This document shows, piece after piece, positions 41,181 to 53,385 of a stretch of 64,000 bases of DNA; position 1 is the stretch's first letter, and each line of letters starts with the position of its first letter. The notes under the pieces were generated by a model, which was not told the origin of the DNA, did not search any database, and was given only the letters and a program-made list of their open reading frames with translations. The stretch is from an uncultured Planctomycetota bacterium (GTDB taxonomy: Bacteria > Planctomycetota > Planctomycetia > Isosphaerales > Isosphaeraceae). Position numbers and translations under genes: made by a program. The stretch covers positions 928,001 through 992,000 of the forward strand of contig CAWJTV010000011.1 in NCBI GenBank assembly GCA_963845755.1, in the 5' to 3' direction.

Positions 41181-41284
41181 AGGTAGGACGGTGTCCCAGA
41201 GTCGTCCAGGCAGAGTAGGCTGCGGGTTCATGCTGCAGATATTACGAAATTACCGTACAAGGAGTTCGGACCGTGAACGGCTAC

Positions 41285-42294
41285 GGCCATGGCCCAGTTC
41301 ACGCGGGCGATGGAATTCTTGAACCGGTTCGCGCCGAATTACCCGTCGCGAACCACGGTCCTGGCGGACTACGAATACACTTACCGTCAGCTCGGCCAGG
41401 CGTGTCTGATGTCCGGCTGGACGGCGGGGGCCGAGTACAGCCGGAAGGCCCTGGAATCGGCCTGGGCCTTCGTCGCGGCCGAGCCGGAGAACCTCTGGCT
41501 CCGCAAGAAACTGGCCATCGACTACGACCAGCTCGGCGCCGCGCGATTGCTCCTCGGCGACCTCGACGGCGCGGAGGCGGTTGCTGTATCAGAAATGCCT
41601 GGCCACCAGCGAGACGTTCGCCGACGCCGATCCCGGCTCGGTGCAGAAGCAGGGGGATGTCCTGGAGACCCTGGAAGCCCTCACCGATAATGCCGAGCGT
41701 GCCGAGCAGTTCCCGGAATCGCTCGAGTGGATCAAGCGGACGTTGCACTGGCTCGACCGGCTCGACCGCGAAAAACGCCTAGGGCGCGACGTTCTGGAGC
41801 CGTCGCGGTTGATCGCCATGGGACGGCAGGCGCTCTACCAGCCCGCCATGGGTGGCCTCGGGCTGGATTCCACGACGGCCCCGGCCCCGGATCTACCGCC
41901 CCTCCTGCAAGACTGGTGGAAGCTCCTGCGGGGCCTGGGACTGGCCCGGCGCGGCCGGCACGCCCAGGCCGCCGCCGAGGTCCGTGACGTGCTGAGCCGC
42001 GACGCCCAGAACCCGATCAAGGCGATCCGGGTCGGCCGGGTTTTCGCCCGCTGCGCCGAGGCCGTCGCGCTGGGTAAGGCGGACACGGCACTGACTGCCG
42101 AGGAACGCACGCTTCGACAAGATTACATCGACTCGGCTCTCGATGCGGTCTGGCGGACGATCCGGCTCTCGCCGGATACCACCGCCGACACATTCGCCGA
42201 GCCCGATTACGACCTCCTGTGGCGCCGCGGCGACCTGGCGACCGTCGCCCGCGAGCTGAGCCAGGAGGCGAGCCGGAAGGCCCCGGCGCCGTGA
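41285..42294 (+). pseudogene. 5-prime-truncated helical-repeat gene (resembles the tail of a kinase-TPR protein)
   Basis: Begins immediately after the IS66 end, with a frameshift near 41580. LARRGRHAQAAAE...FAEPDYDLL tail. Confidence 0.55.
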
Positions 42295-42356
42295 GTCGTT
42301 CACCCCAACGGTCTCACGAGCCGTGGGCGCGGGATCGGTTCGGCGCGGGTCACGGC

Positions 42357-45300
42357 TCATTTTGCCCGCATGATCTCGCGAGCCCGGACATCGCCCAGAT
42401 CGCGGGTCTCGCCGGGCTCGAGCACGACGCGATCGATCACGACGCCGAATCCCCCCTTGGCGGCTTCCGGCCCGACGGCTTGAGCGGAATACTCCTGACC
42501 GGTGACCAGGCCCTCGTACCGGAACCGGCCGTCGGCGTCGGTCTTCTGGCCGAAGAGGATGACACCCCGGGCCGGGTCGATCATGGCGTCTTGCCAGTCG
42601 CCGGTCATCAGATCGACGCGCGGCCTGGGCTTGCCCTCGGCGTCGACCAGGCGGCCGACGATCGTGCCCCAGGGCTGGAGCTTGACCGTGTACGGCTCGG
42701 CTTCATCGCCCCGAGCGATGAGCAATCCCACCAGCTTCTTCCCGTCGTGACGGAAGAGGAAGCGCTTGGGCCGCATCGGGTTGAGCCTTGAAATCGCCAT
42801 GACGCCGGGCGTCTTCGTCGCCTCGATGCCTTCGTTCCCGGTCGGAAACGCGTGAGTGTGGCCAGTGACGCCGTCCACGGGCATACCGTCGGGTCCGAGG
42901 ACATGGACCTCGCGCTTCCGGTCGGGCACCAGTACCGCCTCGGCGGTCATCAGGCCCGAGTCGTCGGGGGGATTGACCAGCACGATGGCGCTGATTCGGG
43001 TCCTGCGGGGAGTGGACGCGCCCATCACCGACGGCGAGGATGAGGGTGTCCTTGTCGCCGTAGGTCTGGACGGAGCCCTTGACCGGCGCCTTCGCCTTCC
43101 CCGCGTTGAAGAACTCCTCGGGATCGACGCAGGCCGGCCGGTAGTGGCCCTCGGCCGTGCGGACGAGGACTGCTCCCGGGCCCGGCAAGACGCCCAGGAG
43201 GTAGGACCCGTCGCCCTGAGCGATCCCCGAGTTGTAGGGCCCGAAACTTTGCACCGGGTCATAGCCGGGGACTTCCCGGACATGGGGATTTGTGTAGATG
43301 GGCTGATAGCGAACGTCGCGCGCCTCTGACGGGCTTGCCCGTCTCCTGGTCGATCAGCTTGAGTCGCATCGGGATGCCCGGGACGCAGTCCACGTCAAAC
43401 GGGATAGGTGACAGGCCGGCAGTATCGGGCACGTTGGCGCACGTCACGAAGTACGGGGCTTTCTTTCCCGCCAGGACCATCAACCCGTAGCTCTTGCCCT
43501 TGGGAAAGCCCGACAGGGTGTACTGCCCATTGGCGTCGGTGGTTACGCGGGTGTTCGTCTCCTTGCCGCCGACGGCCACGCCGGCCAGAGGCTGTCCGGT
43601 CCGCTTGTCGCGGACGACGCCGGTGAGTGCACGGCCGGGCGGGATCAGGTGATCGAAGCTCGCGCCGTAGATCGTCCTGGCCGCGAACGTGCCCGGAGGA
43701 GTCGAGACCGTCGCGGCGTTGCGGGTCATCGCGGTGATGGTGGCGTTCTGGATCGTCGGCCCCTCGACGGCGATCTCGACGATCCGGTCGCGGCCGATGC
43801 CGGTCATCCGGAATCGACCTTCGGCATCGGTCGTGACATTTGCCGGATGGCCGGGAATTCGCGACCAGTAATTCTTGGCGAATCGGTGGTTGGAAGCCCG
43901 CCTCGGGTCATCGCCGAGGAGCTGGAGATAAGGGTCGATGCCGTCGGCGCCCTCGGCCTCGATCCGGCCGCGCGTGACCTTCGCACCGGCGACGGGGCGA
44001 CCCTGAAGATCGAGGATCCGTCCCGTGATCGGCACGGAGTCATCGACCAAACGGAGGGTCAGGCTCTCGTCGGGCACCTTGCGCAGCTCGACCCAATCGG
44101 GGCCGAGTCCCTCGGCCGTTGCCAGCACGGTGACGGTCGCCCAGGGTCCGCGGCCGATGGCGTCGTCGAACTCCGCTTTCGACAGGGTGACACGAAAGCT
44201 TCCCTTGTCATTCGTCTTGGCCTTGAGGATCGGCTCGGCTCGCTCCCGGATTGAGCCGGGGTCGAACAGGAACACGGATGCTCCTGCCGCCGGCTTGCCC
44301 GCCGGGCCGAGCACCGTGCCCTTGATCCGGTAGGCCGGGATGAGCGTCACGTCCTGCTTCATCACTTCGGCCCCCTTGGGTGGGTCGATCCGGGCGAGGG
44401 CGGCGAAGTTGCCCGTGATGATGCCGTAGGGCGCAACGTTGAGATCGTGCTCCTTCACCCCGTACTCGTCGTCACGTTCGGGGGTCACCAGGTAATGGTA
44501 ATCGCGGTCGTGGTACACGCCGATCAGTCCGGGACCGGGCAAGCCGACGACCCGGTACGATCCGTCTTCCTGGGCGTGGATGATATGGGATGGGATAAAA
44601 CCGCTGAAGCCGGGATAATCCGGCAAGTTCGGGTTGCCATGCAGGGAGAAATACTCCACGCCGACCGACACCGGCTTCCCGGTCACCTTGTCGGTGATCT
44701 TCCCCTCGATCCAGATCCCGCGCCTCAGCTCGAGGGCGGCCGTCACCGGGTCCAGGCCGGGAGTATCGGGCACCTCCTGCGTGATGCAGGGATACGGCTG
44801 ATCGTCGGCCGGCAGGGCCATGATCCTGTTCCCCTTGCCCCGGGGCATGCCCGTGAGCCGGAAGCGTCCGTCGGCGTCGGTGGCGGTCTGGATGAGGTCG
44901 TCGATGTAATTCGGGCGAGTGGCCCGCGTGGAGCTGCGGATCGTGATCCCGGCCAGCGGCTCCTGGGTATCCCGATCGCGGACGACGCCGACGATCGGCT
45001 TGCACGGTGCGGCGGCGTGCTGGAAGTTGGACCCGTAATACGTCGTCATGATCCGCGGCTCGCCGCGATGGGGAGGGTTCCGACTTTCCGGCACTTCGAG
45101 CGTCTTCCCTGGTCGCGTCAGGATATGCAGATGCTGGCTGACGATGGTCGGTCCGTCGAGCTGGGCCGCGACGAGTCGATTGGGGCCGATGCCGTCGAGC
45201 CGGAAGCGGCCCTCGGCGTTCGTCGTGACCGTCGCGGATGGTGCGATGGTATACTGCGGGAGATGCTGGTGCTCGAGCTGGAATCGGTCCCCTTTTTGGC

Positions 45301-46672
45301 CCTCGACGGCCGCGAGCCACGGGCCGAGGTCTTCCCCCGGCGCCGCGTTGATCTGCATCACGCGAAGGGTCGCGCCCGGGACCGGTCGTCCTTCGAGGTC
45401 GATGATCTGGCCGACGATCGGCACGTCGTCCTTTACCAGGGTAATCGTCAGGTCGTCCGACTTCCCGTTCGGCGGGATCTTCACCCAGCCGACGCCGTAA
45501 TTCGGCGCCGCGGCGGCGACGGTGGTCCCCTGGTTGCGGTATTTCGTCGCGGGGACCGTGAAGGCGAACTGGCCGCCCGGCCCGGTCCTCCCGGCCTCGG
45601 ACGACGGCTGCGGCTGATGGGGATAGCCCCATGAAATCGTCAGGTACAGCCTCGCACCGGCGACGGGCTGCCCGCTCGGTCCGAGCACGCGGCCGCGGTA
45701 GGTGAGCGTCTCCGCTTCGGCGGTGGCCTTGGCAGGCTCTGGGACGGGCTCGTGGGCGACGATCCGGGGTAGGGCCGGGATCGGCGCGTTGGAGACGGCC
45801 GGTGCCATGGCCGCCAGGCCGGTGGCGAGGCAGGTCAGCGCGCCCAGGATCAAGGCGGCGGTCGCGGCGATCTTCAGCCGGGCGATCATCATCGACCTCA
45901 TGGCCTGCTTCATCAGGGCCACCGTCGTCGTCGAGACCATGCCGGCCTCAGCCGATTCGCCCAGCGCGATGTGACTGGCGGCCCGGGTCGTCGCCCGGAG
46001 TAGCGGCATCGCGACCGCGGAAACTGTGCGGGCGGCGGATCCGGCGCCGAGCGTGGCGGCGGTGAAGGCCACACCGCGTCGCGTCAACCGATCCCGGAGC
46101 AATTGCTTGCCCCGGGCCAGGCGTCCCCGCGTGGTGCCTTCACTCCATTGCAAGGAGTTGGCGGCCTGCTGGTAGGTCATGTCCTCGAGGTAGCAGAGGA
46201 CGATCGGTCGGCGATAGCGCTCGGGGAGCCGGTCGATCTCCTGGTGGAGCACGGCGCCGGCGTCGTCCCAGGGCGGACCGGAAGTCTCCCGCGCGCCGCC
46301 AGCTCGGCCGCCTTCTGCTCCAGTCGGCGGCGCCGGGCGGCGTCGGTCTTGACCTGAAACGCGATGCGCCAGGCCACGCGATGGAGCCAGCCGCCGATCG
46401 AGCCGTCGATCCAGATCGACCTGGCCTTTCGGGCCAGCAAGAGGAAGCTCGCCTGGAAGGCGTCGTCGGAGTCGTTGGGATCGTCGAGGACGCCGCGGCA
46501 GACGGCCATGACCATAGCTCCATGGCGCTCGACCAGGGCCTGAAAAGCCAGTTCGTCGCGGTGCGACACGTAATGTTCCAGCAACTGACCGTCGGTGAGT
46601 CCCGCCAGGGTCCCCTCGTCGAAGAGGCGGTGGATCTGCCGAAGGGCGGTGCCGCGTCGTGCGCGTAGCCAT
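42357..46672 (-). CDS. ECF sigma factor with TM helix and long exported carboxypeptidase-regulatory-like extension (several frameshifts)
   Basis: GTLAGLTDGQLL, AFQALVERHG, DDAFQASFLLL, EIDRLPERYR...GRLARG, then a TM segment and beta repeats. Confidence 0.8.
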
Positions 46673-47263
46673 GGGTGGTCTCCCTCAGGATTCGCGGGTT
46701 CCTACCCATACTAAGGGCTGCCGGCCCAGGGTACGCACGGAGTTTCCTCGAATTTCGGCAGTCGGGCACGTCCGCGTCCGCACGGAGTGGAATCAGAAGC
46801 GGATTTCCGGGCGTCGGGTTGATGACCCAACCGGCCGTCGCCATCCGACCTCGCCGCGAGCTTCATCTCGTCCGCCCGGACTTCCCCGCTCGGTCCGGCG
46901 CCAGGATCACGTCGAGGAGTAAACGCACGTCGCGGTGCGCCGAGACCGGATGGCGGAACGGGCAATCGGCGTGGAGCTCGTAGCGGTTCGCCGGCCCTCG
47001 CGGACTCGCGAGAGATATCCGCCTTGCTCCAGGAGGGCTGCTCACTCTACGCGCCGAGGTCTGCTACAGGCGCTGGTCGTTGCACTCACCATTGTGATGC
47101 GCCGTGGGCGTTTCTCGATCGAGTTTCCGCTCAAGCGAGTTGCGGGACGCTCCCGGATGGCCGTTCCTGCCGGGTGAGCCGGGGCGCGACAACCGGTCGC
47201 CCGGTGTCCTCGCCTTCGAACGATTCTCCAACGGAAACTTCGACCCGGAGCCTATTCCGGGTC

Positions 47264-47503
47264 ATGCGGGAGTTCCCACAGAGGAATCCGATCGTCTTCG
47301 CGATGAGGCGCCCCGTCACGACCCTGATTCTGGTCGTGGCCCTGATCAGCGGCGGCTTCCTCGCCTTCAACAAGGTCAGCGACGGTCAGTGGATCGAGGT
47401 CACCAACCTCCAGCACCCGGCCGATCCCCGCAACGACGATCAGTGGGTGCCGATCAATGGCCTGGAGCAGGTGATCCTCGGCGACCTGTTCGACCCTCGG
47501 TGA
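47264..47503 (+). pseudogene. Deletion remnant of an RND efflux locus
   Basis: NPIVFAMRRPVTT (permease-like start) fused to SDGQWIEVTNL...EQVILGDL (adaptor-like tail). Recognised by recall only. Confidence 0.45.
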
Positions 47504-47798
47504 GGGCTCGCACGTCGAGCTCGATTCCACCCGAGTCGCAGGCGAGCCACCGCTCCCGGTTCGTGATCTCGCCAAACCCCGCGCCGCGCGCTGGCGCGGC
47601 TTCTCTGAATTGACCGGTCCGCACTCCAGTCGGTGGCTGGACTTTCCGTCGCGGTTGCGGTCGGCCACCGCCTGGAGCCTTGAGTGGGGACAACCCGTTG
47701 TATCCTTGTCCCATCGATCGCTCCCTCGTATCATCGGGGCCAAAGCCAGTGGGACCATTCGTGATGAACCGAGGACCGAAGACGAAGGATCCGCGCCC

Positions 47799-48239
47799 AT
47801 GCTTCCCGAACTCACCGAGACGATCCTCCACACCAAGGCCGCCAAGGGACTGACGTTCGTTGACCTGGCGAAGTTCGTCGGGTGCAATCCGATCTTCCTG
47901 GCCTCGGTCTGCTACCGCCAGGCCAGCGCCACCCGCGAGCAGGCCGAGAAGCTCATCGAGGCCCTCGGCCTTGATCCGGCCTGTCTGGCCGAGTTGACTG
48001 CGTTTCCCGTCAAGGGGGGATTGATGCCGACGATCCCCGTGGACCCGCTCCTCTATCGTTTCCACGAGATCCTGCAGGTCTACGGGCTGCCATTGAAGGA
48101 CGTCATCCAGGAGACCTTCGGCGACGGCATCATCAGCGCCATCGACTTCACCATGGACGTCGAAAAGGAAGCGGACCCCAAGGGCGACCGGGTCAAGATC
48201 ACGATGTCCGGCAAATTCCTGCCATACAGGAAATGGTGA
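47799..48239 (+). CDS. cynS: Cyanase (cyanate hydratase)
   Basis: PVDPLLYRFHEILQVYG, FGDGIISAIDF and GKFLPY motifs. Confidence 0.95.
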   Translation: MLPELTETILHTKAAKGLTFVDLAKFVGCNPIFLASVCYRQASATREQAEKLIEALGLDPACLAELTAFPVKGGLMPTIPVDPLLYRFHEILQVYGLPLKDVIQETFGDGIISAIDFTMDVEKEADPKGDRVKITMSGKFLPYRKW

Positions 48240-48374
48240 ACCGACCGCCGTTCCCCGGCATTCGACCCACACATCGAGATGCGATTTTTCCCCAATTCCT
48301 GAACGCGCCGATCCCCTCACGGCCAGTACCATAGATAGGGAACCTTTGAGAGAAGGCCGGCGAGGGTCCATGCG

Positions 48375-51300
48375 ATGGCGAGGGGATCGACCAAAAGCGC
48401 TCTCCGACAGATCCGGACGCTCTTCGAGCTGGGCACGCTCGGCGGGTTGACCGATGGCCAGTTGCTGGAGTTGTTCCTGACGCGGTCAGGGGACGACGCC
48501 GAGGATGCGTTCGCGGCGCTGGTCCATCGGCACGGTCCGATGGTCCTGGGCGTCTGCCGCAGGATGCTGCCCGGCTCGCACGACGCGGAGGACGCATTCC
48601 AGGCGACCTTCCTGATCCTCGCACGGCGGGCCGCCGCGATCGGCCGGCGGGAGCGGTTGGCGAACTGGCTCTATGGCGTCGCAGTCCGGACGGCGAAGGA
48701 GTCGCGGCGTCGGGCGGCGCGGCAGCAGGCGCGGGAAAGGCGGGCGATGGACAGGAACAAGGTCGAGTCGGAGCGGGCCGGAGATTGGGACGACGTGATC
48801 CCGATCCTCGACGAGGAATTGAGCCGTCTGCCGGATCGATACCGAGCCGCGCTGGTGGCCTGTGAGCTGGAGGGCAAGTCGCGTCACGACGCCGCCCAGC
48901 AACTCGGACTTCCCGAGGGGACGCTCTCGACTCACCTGGCGCGCGGCCGGAAGCTGCTGCGCGATCGACTCGTCCAGCGCGGGGTGAGCCTCGGGGTCGG
49001 GGCCTGGGCGGGACTGCCGCGCGGCGCCGCCGAGGCCGCGGTCCCGGACCGGCTGCTCACCTCCACAGTTCATACGGCGCTCGGTCACGCGTCCGGCGGA
49101 GTGGCATCGGGAATGGTTTCGGTAACAGTCACGGCCTTGGCCGAAGGAGTGCTCAAAATGATGATCCTGACCCGGTTGGCTCTGCTGGTTGCGGCTGTCC
49201 TGGGATTCGGCGCGGCGGGCCTGGGCGCGTATGTCGCCTGGGCGGCAGTGCCGTCGCCAAGGGACGAGCCGTCCGGGGCCCCGGTCGCCGTCAAGGCGGA
49301 GGATTCCACGGCCGGCACTCGCCGGGCCCGGGTCCATGGCATCGTCGTCGACGGGGCCGGAGAAGCCGGTTCCCGGGATCACGGTGCGGGTCGCGAACTA
49401 CGACGACCATCAGTCGCGCGGCGTCACGGACCCGTCCGGTCGGTTCGATTTCGCCATCCGGAGCCCTCTGCTCAGAGACACGATGCTTCTCGCCGGCACG
49501 GCCGACCAGTCGCGGCAGGGGTTCTACGCGTACGACTTCTCCGTTGAGGAGACCGAGACGAAACAGCCCGTCACCATCGTGCTCAAACCGAGCCGGGACG
49601 TGGTTGTCCGCGTGACCGACCCGGCGAAATCGCCCGTACCCGGCGCCGCGGTCGAAGCCGTGGCGTCTTTTCGGACCATCGCGACGGCAACGGCGAATAA
49701 CCAGGGGACGACCTTGTTGCGCATCCCCGCCGAGGCGCCCGTCCAGTGGATCATGGCCCTGAAATCGGGTCAGGGGATTCGACTACTTCGAGCATGGCAG
49801 CAAGCTGCAAACAGGTGCCCCGAACGAGGACCTTCCGGCGATGGTCACCCTCGTCCTCGACCGCGCGCGGACCGCCCGCATCCAGGCGGTGGATAGCGCG
49901 GGCAAGCCGCTCGCGGGGATTGGCTTCGTACCGTGGTATTTCCAGAAGCCCGGCAAGCGCGGGGATGCCAACATCGCGGGGGGCGAGATCGTGCAGGTCG
50001 TGACCGACGAGCGCGGGATCGCGACCTTCGACTGGCTGCCGGCGACGACTTCACCCGTCGTCTTCTTCCCACGCACGGAGGGTTACCATGCCCCGTTGCG
50101 GACGATGCTGGAGAAAGGAGCGGCGGACACCACCCTCACCGCGCGATTGCTGCGGATGGAGACGATCCGGGGCCGGGTGATCGGGGCTGACGGGAAGCCC
50201 GCCGCGGGGATCCTGGTCGTGGCGCAGGGGTGCGGACCGGGCTCCGACAACGGCAGCAGCCGGGCTCGAACCGCGGCCGATGGGTCCTACGAGATGACCG
50301 TCAACTCGGACGAGTCGTATGTCGTGACCGTCTCCGACGACGACTGGGCGGCGCCGGGCCACATCGGGGTCATCGTGCCGCGAGGGCCGGCCTGTCGCGG
50401 GGCTCGACTTCCGCCTCGAACGCGGAACCCTGATCCACGGGACCGTGACCATCGGCTCGAAGGGGAGGCCGGCGGAACGACGGAGTCTCTGGCTCCATCA
50501 GAGCGGGGGCGAGCTTCCCAAGGAGTTGCGGGGGAACGACCGGATCTATCATGAAGTGCGGATGGACCGCTATGCGACGACCGACGCGAACGGACGATAC
50601 CGGATCCGGGTCGGGCCCGGGACCTATGGCTTGGGCATCTCGGGTCAGATCGCGCAAGAGACCGTCACAATCAAGAATGAGCCGGAGCTGATCCACGATT
50701 TCCGCATGCCGAGGCTGGAGCGCGGGCCGATTTCCGGGCGGGTCGTCGTCGCCGGGGAGCCCAACCGGGGCATGGCCGGAGCGAAGATCGACGGTGTGAT
50801 CGCCGAGCCACTCGGGGGTCTCGACCTGATCATGGTCGCCGATGCCGAGGGCCGGTTCCGCGCCGAGCGCGAGCTCAAGAAGATGGTCGTCCATGCCAGG
50901 AGTCCCGATGGGTCACTCGGCGGCATCGTCGAGATCAGCGGTGATGATACCGAGATCGAGATCCCGGTCGGACCGACGGCGATCGCGTCGGGGATCATCC
51001 TCGACAAGCACGGCGACCCGATGGCCAACGCATTGCTCAGTTGGGGTCGCCGCGTTCATGCGGGTGACGAGAATGCACCGTTCCGGGACAGCTTCGGCCC
51101 GAAGGTGGTGACGGATGAGGAGGGTCAGTTTGTGCTCCCGGAGCTGGTCGTGGGCCAGGAGTATCGAATCAGCGTTCCTACGGGGAACGATACCTGGAGC
51201 CAGGTCGGCACGGTCTTACCCAGCGAAGCCGTGCACATCGACCTCGGGACACTCCAGGTCGATGCGAACGGCGGGAAACGGGATGCCTCGTCGTTCCGCG

Positions 51301-51768
51301 ACGGCGGGCCGGATGCGGGCGACCTGGCCCCTGGTTTCGATGCGGGTGGACGTTCTCACGGTGCGCGGACCCTCGATGGCCGTCCGCTCAAATTGGCGGA
51401 CTTCCGCGGCAAGTTCGTCCTGCTGGATTTCTGGGCGAGCTGGTGCGGGCCATGTATTTCCGAGATCCCTCAACTCCAGGCGGTCCATGAAGCCTTCGGC
51501 CGGGATTCGCGGTTTGTCATGCTCAGCCTGAGCGTCGACGAGAGGATCGAACGCGCCTCGGCAATTTCAGGAGAAGCGAAAGCTCCCCTGGATGCAGGGT
51601 TTCCTCGGTATGGGCATTCAGGGCGCGATCCCGGACCGCTATGGTGTCCAGGCGATCCCGGCCTTGGTCCTGATCGGCCCCGACGGCAAGATCGTGGCCA
51701 AGGGGATGCGGGCGGAGATCCGGAAAGAGGTCGCCCGCGCCCTATCGGGAAGTCGGAAGGCTGAATAA
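48375..51768 (+). CDS. ECF sigma factor with exported extension ending in a TlpA/thioredoxin domain (several frameshifts)
   Basis: AFAALVHRHGPMV, EDAFQATFLIL, EELSRLPDRYR, TM helix, beta repeats, then LADFRGKFVLLDFWASWCGPC...YGVQAIP...LIGPDGKI. Confidence 0.8.
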
Positions 51769-52211
51769 AACCGGTCCGGACTCCTAGCCTGGATTCCCAT
51801 GGAGGCAGATTGGGCTAACATTTGTTGCCGCATGATTGGAAAAAAGCCCGCGATACTCAGCTTTTCGCCTCGGAACTGGTTATGCTCCTCCAAGAGTTAA
51901 AGGTGGGTCTCCCACTAAGTTAACTTGATCACCATGGATGATATGTTCGTCGATCGAATCTCACTTCCTCCTGGAAAACAAGGGGTTCTTGCGACAAATC
52001 TATCGAATTCACCACAGTGGATGCATTGAGTTGACACCGTGGATGCTCTTTTTTCAGTTTACGGATCACCTAACATCGAGAGAGGCGTTTCGATGAGCCG
52101 TTTCAAGCCAGAACCACTTGAAATCCAGGGGAAAACCCACTTCGACGAATTTTGCTTCGTTTATGGATTGCGTCGTAGCCTACCCCGTTTTTGCCTCCAT
52201 GGGAATCCAGG

Positions 52212-53033
52212 CTAGACCAGCGTGATGAGCACGACCTCGGGGCGGCAGAGGAAGCGGATGGGCGGTGTCACGGTGCCGACGCCCCGAGTGATGAAGACCT
52301 GGGCACACGGGCCTTGAACGAGTCCGTGGAGGTATTTCTGCCCGTACCGCGAGGGGACGACCGGGGCACCGAAGCCGGGCACGATCACCTGGCCACCGTG
52401 GGTATGGCCACTCAGGACCAGCCCAACACGAGGGTCTCGGAGGGTCTCGACAAAGTCCGGGTTGTGCGACAGGAGGAGGACGGCGTCGTCCAGGGTCGCG
52501 TCGCCCATCGCGGCGGGGAGGTCTTGCGAATCCGTCCAGAGATCGCCGACGCCGCAGACCCGCAGCCGGGTCCCGCGGCGCTCGAGCCAGACGCCCCGGT
52601 TATTCAGGTCGGGCAGGTTCGCCTCAGCCAGCGCGGACCGGCTGATGGACGTGAATTCCCGGTTGTCGTGGTTGCCCCGCACTGCGAACCGTCCCAGGGG
52701 AGCTGTCAGCTTGCCCAGCTCGGCAATTCCCGGCTCGATGAAGTCGGCGGAACGGTGCATATAGTCCCCGGCCAGCAGGACCATGTCGGGCCGCAGCGAA
52801 TTGGTCAGCGCGACGACATGCCGGACGTATTCCAGCGGGACGAACGGCCCGTGGTGCACGTCGGCCAGCAGAGCGACGGTCGTCCCCCGGAAGGGTCCAG
52901 GGAGGTTCGGCAGCGCGATCGTTTGCCGCACCACCCCGCACCACCTGGCCTCCAGGAAGGGATAGATCCCGCCAGCCACCGCGCCGCCCGCCGCCACCAG
53001 GCCCACCCGCTTCAGGAACTTGCGTCGATCCAT
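52212..53033 (-). CDS. Metallophosphoesterase (YkuE-like) with a Tat-like leader
   Basis: MDRRKFLK, DVHHG, AGDY, GNHD, SHNPD and SGHTHGGQ motifs. Confidence 0.9.
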   Translation of the reverse strand: MDRRKFLKRVGLVAAGGAVAGGIYPFLEARWCGVVRQTIALPNLPGPFRGTTVALLADVHHGPFVPLEYVRHVVALTNSLRPDMVLLAGDYMHRSADFIEPGIAELGKLTAPLGRFAVRGNHDNREFTSISRSALAEANLPDLNNRGVWLERRGTRLRVCGVGDLWTDSQDLPAAMGDATLDDAVLLLSHNPDFVETLRDPRVGLVLSGHTHGGQVIVPGFGAPVVPSRYGQKYLHGLVQGPCAQVFITRGVGTVTPPIRFLCRPEVVLITLV

Positions 53034-53385
53034 CGATTCCTCCCCGATTCCGGTCGCCCGAAAACACCACGCGCATCGTGTTGGCGTTAGCATGCTGGAA
53101 TTCCATCGAAAAGGCCACCGCAAACGCGACAGGTTCGTGACGCTTCGCGGATCCTCGGGACGATGCATCGCTCTGGAGATGATTGACGCCCCGATGATCT
53201 TACTCTACGATACGCGCTTCCACGATCGAGGTGAAGTAAGTTCGCTTCGGGAAACAGGGTTACGCTCGGTGGTCTGGCGAATCAACCCAGGCGGGTGGCA
53301 CGCATCGTGGTGGTTCGATCATCTCTCTTGCAGCGATTGAAGGGGTAGCTCCCCGAGTCGGACGACCGCACCTGGAGCACTCACG

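Larger units (their letters stand above)
34481..41284 (-). mobile_element. Non-autonomous IS66-derived element with passenger DNA
   Basis: Inverted ends GTACACGTTCACGGGCCGA (34481) versus the reverse complement of 41266-41284, GTAGCCGTTCACGGTCCGA (16/19). IS66 transposase tail at 40987-41180. No 8-bp target duplication seen. Confidence 0.65.

Noticed and set aside
51770..52200. AT-rich non-coding stretch with short palindromes as a possible ncRNA
   Set aside because: No recognisable RNA family or repeat structure.
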